From Candidatus Omnitrophota bacterium (GTDB taxonomy: Bacteria > Omnitrophota > Gorgyraeia > Velamenicoccales > JABMQK01), in NCBI GenBank assembly GCA_042570265.1, contig JBHPGU010000005.1:228-64227 (forward strand): 64,000 nt of DNA. The letters run 5' to 3'. Position 1 is the stretch's first letter, and every line of letters begins with the position of its first letter. A program made the translations under genes and the position numbers. Under the pieces are notes generated by a model that saw only the letters and a list, made by a program, of their open reading frames with translations, did not search any database and was not told the DNA's origin. This document shows, piece after piece, positions 50,738-60,260 of this stretch.

Positions 50738-52072
50738 ATGTTTAGAAGATTTTTTTACAGATTGTTAGGCATAGCAGTTTTTATGGGATTCTTCCCAGGT
50801 ACAGTGTTTGCCGAAGAACCTAGTTTGGCATCAGTGGCTATAGGCCTTGATACTGTCTGGGTCCTGATAGCCGCGTTCCTGGTGTTTTTTATGCAAGCAG
50901 GATTTGGGATGGTTGAGGCAGGTTTTATCAGAGCCAAAAATACCTGTAACATCCTAACTAAAAATTTTCTGGACTTTTGTATGGCTTCTCTGGGATTCTT
51001 TATTTTTGGTTATGCGATTATGTTTGGATCTGGAAACGACTTTATGGGATTAAAGGGATGGTTTTTAATGGGAGCTGAATCCGGAGCAGGCGTACCTTTA
51101 TTTGCATTTTGGTTGTTCCAAGCCGCATTCTGTGGCGCTGCCGCTACCATAGTTGCCGGTGGAATGGCAGAGAGGATGAAGTTCCCGGCTTACCTTATAT
51201 ACTCATTTTTGATCTCTGCATTGATCTATCCCTTGGTTGGACATTGGATCTGGGGCGGAGGATGGCTGGCAAAACTCGGCTTCGCTGATTTTGCTGGTTC
51301 AACAGTGGTTCATGCAGTAGGTGGATTTGCAGCATTGATCGGGACTATATTACTAAAGCCCAGGATTGGAAAATATAAACCTGATGGCTCTGCAAATGCT
51401 ATAGCTGGACATTCGATACCTTTAGCTTCTTTAGGGGTATTTATATTGTGGTTCGGTTGGTTTGGTTTCAATCCCGGATCTACTTTGAGTGTGGGTAACG
51501 GTGATTTGATCGCTAGGGTAGCCATAAATACAAACTTAGCAGCAGCTATCGGTGGCATTACAGCAATGATCACAGTTTGGAAGATGTTTGGTAAACCAGA
51601 CCTTTCCATGGCTATGAACGGTGCCTTGGCAGGATTAGTTGCTATTACTGCTTCTTGTGCTTTTGTGGAACCTTGGGCTGCAATTGTGATCGGAGCGATA
51701 GGGGGAGTAATAGTTGTTTTAGGAGTAGTTTTGTTGGATAAGTTGAAAATAGATGATCCAGTTGGAGCTGTCCCGGTCCACGGTTTGAATGGGGTTTGGG
51801 GTACTTTGGCAATTGGGTTATTTGGTCAAAAAGCTCTGGGTTTAGCTAATGACGGCTTATTCTATGGAGGAGGCTTTACTCAATTAGGCATACAGCTGTT
51901 AGGGGTCTTTTCCGTAGTTGTGTTCATATTAATTGCTATGGGAGGATTGTTTAAACTGATCGATAGCACTATAGGCTTGAGAGTTACTCGTGACGAAGAG
52001 CTTAGAGGGCTGGATATAGGGGAACACGGGATGGAGTCCTATGCAGGGTTCCAAATATTCACTACTGAATAA
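50738..52072 (+). CDS. amtB: Ammonium transporter AmtB
   Basis: ATG 50738 follows a GGAGG RBS. Signal peptide, then Amt signatures: [53 protein letters not shown]. Confidence 0.92.
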   Translation: MFRRFFYRLLGIAVFMGFFPGTVFAEEPSLASVAIGLDTVWVLIAAFLVFFMQAGFGMVEAGFIRAKNTCNILTKNFLDFCMASLGFFIFGYAIMFGSGNDFMGLKGWFLMGAESGAGVPLFAFWLFQAAFCGAAATIVAGGMAERMKFPAYLIYSFLISALIYPLVGHWIWGGGWLAKLGFADFAGSTVVHAVGGFAALIGTILLKPRIGKYKPDGSANAIAGHSIPLASLGVFILWFGWFGFNPGSTLSVGNGDLIARVAINTNLAAAIGGITAMITVWKMFGKPDLSMAMNGALAGLVAITASCAFVEPWAAIVIGAIGGVIVVLGVVLLDKLKIDDPVGAVPVHGLNGVWGTLAIGLFGQKALGLANDGLFYGGGFTQLGIQLLGVFSVVVFILIAMGGLFKLIDSTIGLRVTRDEELRGLDIGEHGMESYAGFQIFTTE

Positions 52073-52089
52073 GAAAGGAGGTTGACGCA

Positions 52090-52431
52090 ATGAAACTAAT
52101 AATAGCTATGATACAACCGCATAAACTACCGGATGTAAAAAAGGCGCTTTATGAGGCAGAAGTCTACAAGATGACAGTGAGCAATGTCTTGGGTTGCGGC
52201 CAGCAAAAAGGCTACACTGAGACCTATCGAGGCGTAATCCATGATGTCAATCTTCTCAAAAAGATCCGTCTGGAGATCGCAGTAAACCATAATTATGTCG
52301 AACCGACCATTAACGCCATTATAAAAGGCGCCAAAAGCGGGAAGATAGGTGATGGTAAGATCTTTGTGCTTGATCTACCGGAGTGTGTAAGGATCAGGAC
52401 TGGTGAGCGTGGCCAGGATGCTATAGGTTAA
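52090..52431 (+). CDS. glnK: Nitrogen regulatory protein P-II (GlnK/GlnB)
   Basis: 113 aa. T-loop [12 protein letters not shown] (Tyr51), C-terminal GDGKIFV...IRIRTGERG. The amtB-linked position suggests glnK. Confidence 0.9.
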   Translation: MKLIIAMIQPHKLPDVKKALYEAEVYKMTVSNVLGCGQQKGYTETYRGVIHDVNLLKKIRLEIAVNHNYVEPTINAIIKGAKSGKIGDGKIFVLDLPECVRIRTGERGQDAIG

Positions 52432-52507
52432 AAAAATAAAAAAAAGGTTACCAAGATGCCCGATTTTTTACTTAATATAAGTGACAGCGCAGAACCGCAA
52501 CTAGGGA

Positions 52508-52524
52508 TGCACAATGTTTGTGCA
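52508..52524. promoter_or_regulatory. NtrC-type-like palindrome
   Basis: TGCACAA-tgt-TTGTGCA, perfect 7-bp arms. Compare the enterobacterial NtrC site consensus TGCACCA-N3-TGGTGCA. Confidence 0.35.
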
Positions 52525-52549
52525 GAAGCAGAAATAGCAAAGGACGATG

Positions 52550-52590
52550 ACGTTCTATAAGGCTAATTTAGGCCTATAGAACGTTTTTTT
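52550..52590 (+). terminator. Rho-independent terminator (or attenuator) between glnK and glnA
   Basis: ACGTTCTATA(A)GGC / GCCTATAGAACGT stem with one bulge, 7-nt loop, T7. Confidence 0.8.
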
Positions 52591-52618
52591 ATGAGCAAAT
52601 TAAAAACAGGAGGAAAAG

Positions 52619-53950
52619 ATGGCAAAAAGGACTAAAAAAGATATTTTGAAGCTGGTTAAGGAGAATGATGTAAAATTCATCAGACTCTGGTTTACCGATG
52701 TCTTGGGACAGGTAAAGAGCTTCTCAATTACTGACAGTGAATTAGAGAACGCCTTAACTAATGGTATGGGGTTTGATGGGTCTTCGATAACTGGTTACCA
52801 AGATATTGAAGAATCTGATATGATCGCTATGCCTGACCCGGACACATTTGCTCTGCTTCCCTGGAGGCCAAAGGAAAAGGCAGTGGCTAGGATGATCTGT
52901 GATGTATTGAATCCTGATAAGACACCTTATGAAGGTGATCCGCGCTATGTACTAAAGAGAGCGTTAGTCAGAGCCAAAAAGATGGGTTACGACCATTTTT
53001 ACTTAGGGCCAGAATTGGAGTTCTTTTATTTTAAGAATGATGAAGGCACTGATATTCTGGATAAGGGTGGTTATTTTGATTTGACTACTCTGGATGTGGC
53101 CAGTGATTTGAGGAGAGAGACGGTCCTGGCATTGGAGCAGATGGGAATCAACATCGAGTATTCACACCATGAAGTCGCTCCATCACAGCACGAAGTAGAT
53201 ATGCGCTATAAAGATGCTTTGACCATGGCTGACAGTGTTATTACTTATAGAGTCGTAGTCAAGGAGATCGCCAGCAAGTTCGGTGTTTACGCAACCTTCA
53301 TGCCAAAACCAATATTCGGACAAAATGGTTCAGGTATGCATACTCACCAGTCATTGTTTAAAGGCAGTAAGAATGCATTCTTTGATGCTAAGTCTAAGGA
53401 TGGCCTTTCTAAGACCGCTCTTAGTTACATCGCAGGTTTGCTAAAACACTCCAAAGAGATATGTTCGATATTTGCCCAGACAACAAATTCCTATAAGAGA
53501 TTGGTCCCGGGATATGAAGCACCAGTCTACATCGCTTGGAGCAGGAGAAACAGAAGCGCCCTAATAAGGGTTCCTATGTACCATCCCGGCCAAGAGAAGG
53601 CCACGCGCTGTGAATTCAGAGCCGCTGATCCAGCCTGTAATCCTTATCTTACATTCGCAGCCATGCTTCATGCCGGATTAGAAGGTATTGAAAAGAACTA
53701 TAAAGTACCTGATTCCATGGAGCAGAACCTGTATCATCTTAGTGACACGGAGAGAAAGAAGAAGGGTATACAGACTTTGCCGGATAGCTTAGGTCACGCA
53801 GTCTCAATTACTGAAGAGAGTAGTCTAGTAAAGAAGGCACTGGGAGATCATATCTTTTCTAGGTTTATTGAACTCAAGAAGAAAGAATGGGATGAATATA
53901 AGATACAAGTCCCTAAGTACGAATTAGATAAATACCTCTCTGTAACTTAA
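52619..53950 (+). CDS. glnA: Glutamine synthetase type I
   Basis: FTDVLGQVKSF, GFDGSSI, YLGPELEFF, NGSGMHTHQSL, SYKRLVPGYEAP, RIPxx-like ALIRVP. 443 aa. Confidence 0.93.
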   Translation: MAKRTKKDILKLVKENDVKFIRLWFTDVLGQVKSFSITDSELENALTNGMGFDGSSITGYQDIEESDMIAMPDPDTFALLPWRPKEKAVARMICDVLNPDKTPYEGDPRYVLKRALVRAKKMGYDHFYLGPELEFFYFKNDEGTDILDKGGYFDLTTLDVASDLRRETVLALEQMGINIEYSHHEVAPSQHEVDMRYKDALTMADSVITYRVVVKEIASKFGVYATFMPKPIFGQNGSGMHTHQSLFKGSKNAFFDAKSKDGLSKTALSYIAGLLKHSKEICSIFAQTTNSYKRLVPGYEAPVYIAWSRRNRSALIRVPMYHPGQEKATRCEFRAADPACNPYLTFAAMLHAGLEGIEKNYKVPDSMEQNLYHLSDTERKKKGIQTLPDSLGHAVSITEESSLVKKALGDHIFSRFIELKKKEWDEYKIQVPKYELDKYLSVT

Positions 53951-54047
53951 TGAGTTATTTTTGTTTTGCCTGTCTTTCTAGCAATAGGAGGGCAGGCAGG
54001 TGAATTTTTTTGTACCAAAGTGCCTAAAAAATAGGCAATTTAAAATT

Positions 54048-54272
54048 ATGAAAGATATTGCAGATAAATTAGATGAGTTTTTTATGAAGTCGAGTGATAA
54101 GGAGCTCTATGACAAAGTAATCAGCCATGTAGAAAAGCTAATTATTGAAAAGATGTTGGAGCGCTCTTATGGTAATCAGGTCATGGCTTCAAAAATGTTA
54201 GGCTTAAATAGAAACACATTGCATAAGAAGATAAAGAAGCTTAATATTGATGTACAAAGGTTTAAAATATGA
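54048..54272 (+). CDS. Stand-alone Fis-type helix-turn-helix DNA-binding protein
   Basis: C-terminal GNQVMASKMLGLNRNTLHKKIKKLNI is the Fis/NtrC-type HTH. ATG 54048 is preferred over GTG 54000. Has a 4-nt overlap with gltB. Confidence 0.65.
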   Translation: MKDIADKLDEFFMKSSDKELYDKVISHVEKLIIEKMLERSYGNQVMASKMLGLNRNTLHKKIKKLNIDVQRFKI

Positions 54273-57200
54273 GATTTACGCATTTCCCAAAACCCCAAGG
54301 TTTATACGATCCGCGATTTGAACATGATAGTTGCGGCGTTGGGTTCGTCTGTAATATCAAAGGCCAAAGATCTAATGATATTGTAAAAAAGGGGATAGAG
54401 GTCTTAAGGCGCCTGAGTCATCGCGGAGCAGTTGGTGCAGATCCGAAGACCGGTGATGGCGCAGGGCTGCTTATACAGATACCACATAAATTCTTAAACA
54501 AAGAATGCAAGAAGATCGGGATATCTTTGCCAGAGATTGGAAAGTATGCTACAGGTTTAGTATTTTTGCCTACAGATGAAAAAGAGTGCATTCACTGTGT
54601 AGAGCTTTTTGAGAAAATAATCAAACAAGAAAAACAGGTGCTTCTGGACTGGCGTGATGTTCCTATTGATGAGTCAGTAATTGGAGAGGTGGCTAGGGAG
54701 ACCATGCCGGTGATAAAGCAGATCTTTATCCAGGCAGGAAGCGAAATAAAAGATCAGCTTGATTTTGAAAGAAAGCTCTATGTTATAAGAAGGCAAGTAG
54801 AGAGCTCAATCGCTGGTTCTTCTTTAGAGCAGAAGACTTTCTTCTATGTAACCAACCTGTCTTCTAGGACGCTTAGCTATAAGGGATTGCTTATGCCTTC
54901 GCAACTGAGTGATTTCTTTCTTGATCTTCGCGATGAGAGTATTGATAGTGCGCTATGTCTTGTGCACTCACGTTATAGTACAAATACTTTCCCTACATGG
55001 GACCTTGCTCAGCCTTTTAGGTTTCTAGCCCATAATGGAGAGATAAATACACTGCGTGGAAATATTAACTGGATAAGGGCAAGGGAAAAGCTATTATCGA
55101 GTGAATTGTTCGGAATTGATATTGATAAGATAAAGCCAGTCATCGTTGAGGGAGGAAGTGACTCTGCTTCTATAGATAATGCTTTTGAGCTTTTGTTGTT
55201 ATCAGGCCGCTCTTTGGCGCATACTATGACCATGTTGATCCCACCGGCATGGGAACAGAATAATTTTATGTCCGAAGACGTGAAAGAATTCTATAAATAC
55301 CATGCATGTTTTATGGAGCCGTGGGATGGACCGGCAGCTATTGCTTTTACGGACGGTACCAGTATAGGCGCTATTTTGGATAGAAACGGATTGCGTCCTG
55401 CTCGTTACATTATTACAAAAGACGATTTTGTGATAATGGCTTCTGAAGCGGGGGTACTTGATACAGAGCCTGCAGATATCAAGCATTCCGGTAGATTGGA
55501 GCCCGGAAAGATATTTTTTATAGATACAGATGCAGGTGTTGTTGCCGATGATCTAGCACTAAAGACCCAGATGGCTGGTAAACAAGATTACAGTAAATGG
55601 AATAAAGAGAATATGGTGGATCTGGATAAACTTGTCGGTTCGGGTACATCATTGCAAAAAAGCGATGATATCATTTCAAGCCTGAAAGCATTTGGGTATA
55701 CGCGGGAAGACCTAAAGCTCATAGTGAGGCCGCAGGCGCAATGCGGAAAAGAGCCGGTGGGTTCAATGGGAAATGATACGCCTCATGCTGTCTTATCCCA
55801 ACAGCCACAGCTTCTCTATAACTATTTTAAACAGCTATTCGCTCAGGTCACTAATCCTGCGATCGACTCGATCAGGGAAAAGTTTGTGATGAGCCTGGAA
55901 AGCTTTGTAGGCCCGGGAAAGAATATATTGGATGAGGCTCCTGAACATGCGCGTAAGCTGCGTGTTGGAAATCCGATACTTTTGAATGACGAGTTGGAGA
56001 AGATACGTGATATCAGTATAAATGGTTTTAGCTCCAAGATAATTTATACGTATTTTGATGCCTCAAGCGCAAAAGAAGGATTTGAGCGCGCGTTAGAAAG
56101 GATATGCTTTGAAGCTGAATATGCCATAGAAAAAGGATACTCTTTTATAGTATTGAGTGACCGCGGAGTAGACAGGAGCAATATCTCAATTCCTACGCTT
56201 TTGGCAACGAGTGCTGTACATCACTATTTGGTTAGAAAGAATATTCGTTCACAGGTTGGTTTAGTGATCGAGAGTGGTGAGCCCAGAGAGGTACATCACT
56301 TTGCTCTGCTTTTTGGATACGGTGCGGACTGCGTAAATCCTTATTTAGTTTTTGAAGCAATTGATTATCTTATTGAAAATAAAGAGCTCGATCTGCCTTT
56401 GGATAAAGCTATGGCGAATTACAGAAAAGCAATTACCGGCGGTATACTTAAGGTAATATCAAAAATGGGTATATCTACCTTAAGAAGTTATCGCGGTGCG
56501 CAGATATTTGAAGCACTAGGCTTGAGCAGCGATTTTATAGAAGCTTATTTTACAGGCACTGTATCGAGAATAGGCGGTGTGGGGTTGGAAGGCATCGCAG
56601 AGGAGACGATCAAGAGGCATTTAGAGGCCTATCCTGCTAACCGCATGGAAGAACCTTATCTTTCTAGTGGAGGAGTGTACCAGTGGAAGAGAGATGGGGA
56701 GTTTCACCTATGGAATCCGGATACAATAGCATCATTACAGGATGCGACAAGAGAAAATGATTATCAGAAGTATCTGAAATTCGCTAGTTATATAAATAAT
56801 CAGTCAGGAAATCCTACTACATTGAGGAGTCTATTTAAGTTTCAGAGTGTCGCAGAGCCGATACCAATAGATCAGGTAGAATCAACAGAAAGTATATTCA
56901 AAAGATTTGCTTCGGGTGCTATGAGTTTTGGTTCGATAAGCCGGTTAGCGCATGAGACTATCGCTATCGCTATGAATAGAATAGGTGGTAAGTCAAATAC
57001 CGGCGAAGGAGGAGAAGATCCTAACAGGTTTGTGAAACTGCAAAGCGGCGATTCCAAGAGGAGCGCAATAAAACAGGTGGCTTCTGGAAGATTCGGAGTT
57101 ACTGTAAATTATCTTGTAAATGCGGATGAGATACAGATAAAGATTGCTCAAGGCGCAAAGCCTGGAGAAGGCGGACAGCTACCGGGACATAAGGTAAGCG

Positions 57201-58792
57201 AGGTAATCGCTAGGACTAGATACACTACGCCAGGTGTCACTCTTATTTCGCCTCCACCACACCATGATATCTATTCAATTGAGGATCTGGCACAATTGAT
57301 ATTTGATTTGAGGAATGCTAATCCTAATGCGCGCATAAGTGTAAAGCTCGTTTCAGAAGTCGGCGTGGGAACTGTGGCTTCAGGTGTGGCCAAAGGTCAT
57401 GCGGATATGATACTTATATCGGGAGGAGATGGTGGCACAGGGGCCTCTCCAAGGAGTTCTATAAGACATGCCGGGCTTCCTTGGGAACTTGGTCTTTCAG
57501 AGACACACCAGACGCTTGTTTTAAATAATCTACGTTCAAGAGTAAGGCTGCAAACTGATGGACAGATGAGGACCGGACGGGATGTGGCGATTGCTGCTTT
57601 CTTGGGCGCTGAGGAATATGGGTTTTGTACAGCGGTCTTAATCATCCTAGGATGTGTTATGCTCAGACACTGCCACCTTAACAATTGTTCTGTTGGTGTT
57701 GCTACTCAAGATGAGATCCTGCAGAAGCGCTTTAAAGGCAGGCCGGAGCACATCGTCAACTACTTTAATTTTGTCGTAAAGGAGCTTAGGGAGATAATGG
57801 CTAGCCTGGGGATTAGGAGCATTGATGAAATGATAGGCAGGACAGAGTTTCTCAAACTAAACAGTGATATGCTGCCCGAAAAAGCAAAAGGATTAGATTA
57901 TGAGAGGATACTTTACAAACCTGAGGTTTCTAGTTTTGACGCAAAGAAACAGGATAGCGGATTGGAAAAAGTCTTAGACAGGGAATTAATCAGATTGTGT
58001 AAGCCGATCTTTGACAGCAATGAGCCTGTTAAACTTAATCTTGCTATAAACAACTCTAACAGGTCTGCAGGTATTATGCTTAGTGGGGAAGTCTGCCGGA
58101 TGTATGGCGAAGGTGGCCTTTTGGAAGATTCTATCGTATGCAAATTTAGAGGGACTGCCGGCCAGAGCTTTGGAGCTTTCCTGGCTAAAGGTATTACATT
58201 TGAGCTTGAAGGTATGGCTAATGATTATGTAGGCAAAGGTATCTCCGGAGGTAAGATTATAATCTATCCGGATAAAGAATCTGATTATGAGTCCGACAAA
58301 AATATAATTATTGGTAATACTACATTTTATGGCGCCATTGCTGGCGAAGCATATGTGCGTGGAGTAGCAGGAGAGAGGTTTTGTATAAGAAATTCAGGAC
58401 TCTATACTGTCGTAGAAGGAGTAGGTGATCATGGTTGCGAATATATGACAGGTGGCAGAGTTGTCATTATTGGTTCAGTAGGGAATAATTTTGGAGCAGG
58501 TATGTCTGGTGGCATAGCGTATGCGTATGATCAGGATGGATTCTTTGCAAAAAGATGCAATATGGAGATGATCAGCTTGGAAGCATTAGAAGAAGCTGAT
58601 AGGGATACCGTGTATTATATGTTGCACAACCATTATAAATACACGAAGAGTCCTAAAGCAAACGTAATCTTGGAAAATTTTAGGGAAGGCGCAAAGAAGT
58701 TCGTAAGGGTCATACCTTTGGAATACAAACGCATATTGGAAGGTGTTAAGTTAGAAGCAAAATTAGGTTTAATGGAGCCGTCTGATGGGTGA
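54269..58792 (+). CDS. gltB: Glutamate synthase large subunit
   Basis: N-terminal Ntn amidotransferase (HDSCGVGF after Met removal/processing), FMN and 3Fe-4S region, C-terminal GXGXG beta-helix domain. 1507 aa. Confidence 0.95.
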   Translation: MRFTHFPKPQGLYDPRFEHDSCGVGFVCNIKGQRSNDIVKKGIEVLRRLSHRGAVGADPKTGDGAGLLIQIPHKFLNKECKKIGISLPEIGKYATGLVFLPTDEKECIHCVELFEKIIKQEKQVLLDWRDVPIDESVIGEVARETMPVIKQIFIQAGSEIKDQLDFERKLYVIRRQVESSIAGSSLEQKTFFYVTNLSSRTLSYKGLLMPSQLSDFFLDLRDESIDSALCLVHSRYSTNTFPTWDLAQPFRFLAHNGEINTLRGNINWIRAREKLLSSELFGIDIDKIKPVIVEGGSDSASIDNAFELLLLSGRSLAHTMTMLIPPAWEQNNFMSEDVKEFYKYHACFMEPWDGPAAIAFTDGTSIGAILDRNGLRPARYIITKDDFVIMASEAGVLDTEPADIKHSGRLEPGKIFFIDTDAGVVADDLALKTQMAGKQDYSKWNKENMVDLDKLVGSGTSLQKSDDIISSLKAFGYTREDLKLIVRPQAQCGKEPVGSMGNDTPHAVLSQQPQLLYNYFKQLFAQVTNPAIDSIREKFVMSLESFVGPGKNILDEAPEHARKLRVGNPILLNDELEKIRDISINGFSSKIIYTYFDASSAKEGFERALERICFEAEYAIEKGYSFIVLSDRGVDRSNISIPTLLATSAVHHYLVRKNIRSQVGLVIESGEPREVHHFALLFGYGADCVNPYLVFEAIDYLIENKELDLPLDKAMANYRKAITGGILKVISKMGISTLRSYRGAQIFEALGLSSDFIEAYFTGTVSRIGGVGLEGIAEETIKRHLEAYPANRMEEPYLSSGGVYQWKRDGEFHLWNPDTIASLQDATRENDYQKYLKFASYINNQSGNPTTLRSLFKFQSVAEPIPIDQVESTESIFKRFASGAMSFGSISRLAHETIAIAMNRIGGKSNTGEGGEDPNRFVKLQSGDSKRSAIKQVASGRFGVTVNYLVNADEIQIKIAQGAKPGEGGQLPGHKVSEVIARTRYTTPGVTLISPPPHHDIYSIEDLAQLIFDLRNANPNARISVKLVSEVGVGTVASGVAKGHADMILISGGDGGTGASPRSSIRHAGLPWELGLSETHQTLVLNNLRSRVRLQTDGQMRTGRDVAIAAFLGAEEYGFCTAVLIILGCVMLRHCHLNNCSVGVATQDEILQKRFKGRPEHIVNYFNFVVKELREIMASLGIRSIDEMIGRTEFLKLNSDMLPEKAKGLDYERILYKPEVSSFDAKKQDSGLEKVLDRELIRLCKPIFDSNEPVKLNLAINNSNRSAGIMLSGEVCRMYGEGGLLEDSIVCKFRGTAGQSFGAFLAKGITFELEGMANDYVGKGISGGKIIIYPDKESDYESDKNIIIGNTTFYGAIAGEAYVRGVAGERFCIRNSGLYTVVEGVGDHGCEYMTGGRVVIIGSVGNNFGAGMSGGIAYAYDQDGFFAKRCNMEMISLEALEEADRDTVYYMLHNHYKYTKSPKANVILENFREGAKKFVRVIPLEYKRILEGVKLEAKLGLMEPSDG

Positions 58793-60233
58793 TAAACGAG
58801 GATTCTTAAAAAAAGCCAGAAGCGAAAGTGCGTATAGGCCAGTTTGCGAACGTAAGCAAGATTTTAAGCAGGTTGCTGTATTGCGCCATGAGGAGAAATC
58901 TCAAGAACAGGCCTCACGATGTATGGATTGTGGAACGCCTTTTTGCCACTGGGGATGTCCTATTGGTAACTATATTCCTGAGTGGAATGATTTGATGTAT
59001 GCCGGTCAGTGGGAGAAAGCGTACCAGCTACTCGAAACAAATAATAATCTTCCGGAGATTACCGGAAGGCTCTGTCCGGCTACCTGTGAATACGCCTGCG
59101 TATTAGGGATCAATGATGATCCGGTAACTATTCGAGAGAATGAATTAGCAATCGCAGAATATGCGCTTGAACACGGCCTGGTCAAAAGTAATCCTCCTAA
59201 AAAACGCACGGGCAAAAAAGTTGCGATTGTCGGTTCTGGCCCGGCAGGATTATCAACCGCAGTACAGCTTAATAAAGCTGGTCACCACGTCAGAGTTTTT
59301 GAGCGCGATGATAAAATCGGCGGCATTTTACGCTATGGTATTCCCGATTTTAAATTAGAAAAACACATTCTTGACCGCCGTATCCGATTGTGGAAAAAAG
59401 CGGGGATTGAATTCAGGACAAATGCCCATATTGGCGTTGGTATCTCTATTGATGCACTTAAAAGTGAGTATGATGTAATCTGTTTAACTGGTGGTTCACG
59501 CGTTCCTAGAGATTTAAAGATAAAGGGAAGAGATCTAAAGGGAATACATTTTGCAATGGATTATCTTATTCAATCAAATAGAAGGGCAGAGGGAGAAAAG
59601 ATACCTCAGGATGAACTTATTGACGCTAAGGATAAGAGCGTTGTGGTTATTGGTGGTGGTGATACGGGCGCTGATTGCGTCGGGACAGCACATAGGCAAA
59701 ATGCGCGTTGCGTTGTTCAAATCGAGGTATTGCCGCAGCCTTCGGAGTGCAGGACCGATGATGGAGTGTCTTGGCCAAAATACCCCCTACTCTTAAAGAC
59801 GTCTTCCAGTCATGAGGAAGGTGGCCAGCGCCGTTGGGCAGTGCTTACCAAAGAGTTTATCGGTAATAACGGGCGTGTTCAAAAGATTTCTTGTGTAGAG
59901 ATCACCTTTTCAAAATCAGATAAAGCAGCCTGTCCTGTTATGGAGGAGGTCGCGGGTAGCGAATTTGAAATAGAAGCGGATATTGTAATTATTGCAGTAG
60001 GTTTCTTGCATCCCGAACACTCTTCTTTGCTTGCAGATCTTAAAATCAAATTTGACGAACGTGGTAATGTTAAAACCGACTCAAATTATATGACGTCAGC
60101 TGATGGGGTATTTTCTGCAGGAGATATGAGGAGAGGGCAATCACTGGTGGTATGGGCTATTTCAGAGGGAAGATGTTCAGCCTATTATATTGATAAGTAT
60201 CTAATGGGACAGAGTAATTTATCGTTAATTTGA
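58785..60233 (+). CDS. gltD: Glutamate synthase small subunit (NADPH)
   Basis: Fe-S Cys clusters (CMDCGTPFC, CPATCEYAC). Dinucleotide folds VAIVGSGPAGLS and VVVIGGGDTGADC. Confidence 0.93.
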   Translation: MGDKRGFLKKARSESAYRPVCERKQDFKQVAVLRHEEKSQEQASRCMDCGTPFCHWGCPIGNYIPEWNDLMYAGQWEKAYQLLETNNNLPEITGRLCPATCEYACVLGINDDPVTIRENELAIAEYALEHGLVKSNPPKKRTGKKVAIVGSGPAGLSTAVQLNKAGHHVRVFERDDKIGGILRYGIPDFKLEKHILDRRIRLWKKAGIEFRTNAHIGVGISIDALKSEYDVICLTGGSRVPRDLKIKGRDLKGIHFAMDYLIQSNRRAEGEKIPQDELIDAKDKSVVVIGGGDTGADCVGTAHRQNARCVVQIEVLPQPSECRTDDGVSWPKYPLLLKTSSSHEEGGQRRWAVLTKEFIGNNGRVQKISCVEITFSKSDKAACPVMEEVAGSEFEIEADIVIIAVGFLHPEHSSLLADLKIKFDERGNVKTDSNYMTSADGVFSAGDMRRGQSLVVWAISEGRCSAYYIDKYLMGQSNLSLI

Positions 60234-60260
60234 AGTCCTAAGTAATAGAGGAATGGCAAG

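Noticed and set aside
52432-52618. Glutamine riboswitch (glnA RNA motif) or a sigma-54 promoter in the glnK-glnA spacer
   Set aside because: I could not find the conserved glnA-motif E-loop/pseudoknot sequences. I also found no GG-N10-GC element with correct spacing. Only the palindrome and the terminator are supportable.
54000-54047. GTG start at 54000 for the Fis-type HTH protein, as in the ORF track
   Set aside because: The extra 16 residues (MNFFVPKCLKNRQFKI) have no RBS. ATG 54048 gives a typical compact HTH protein. The start remains unverified.
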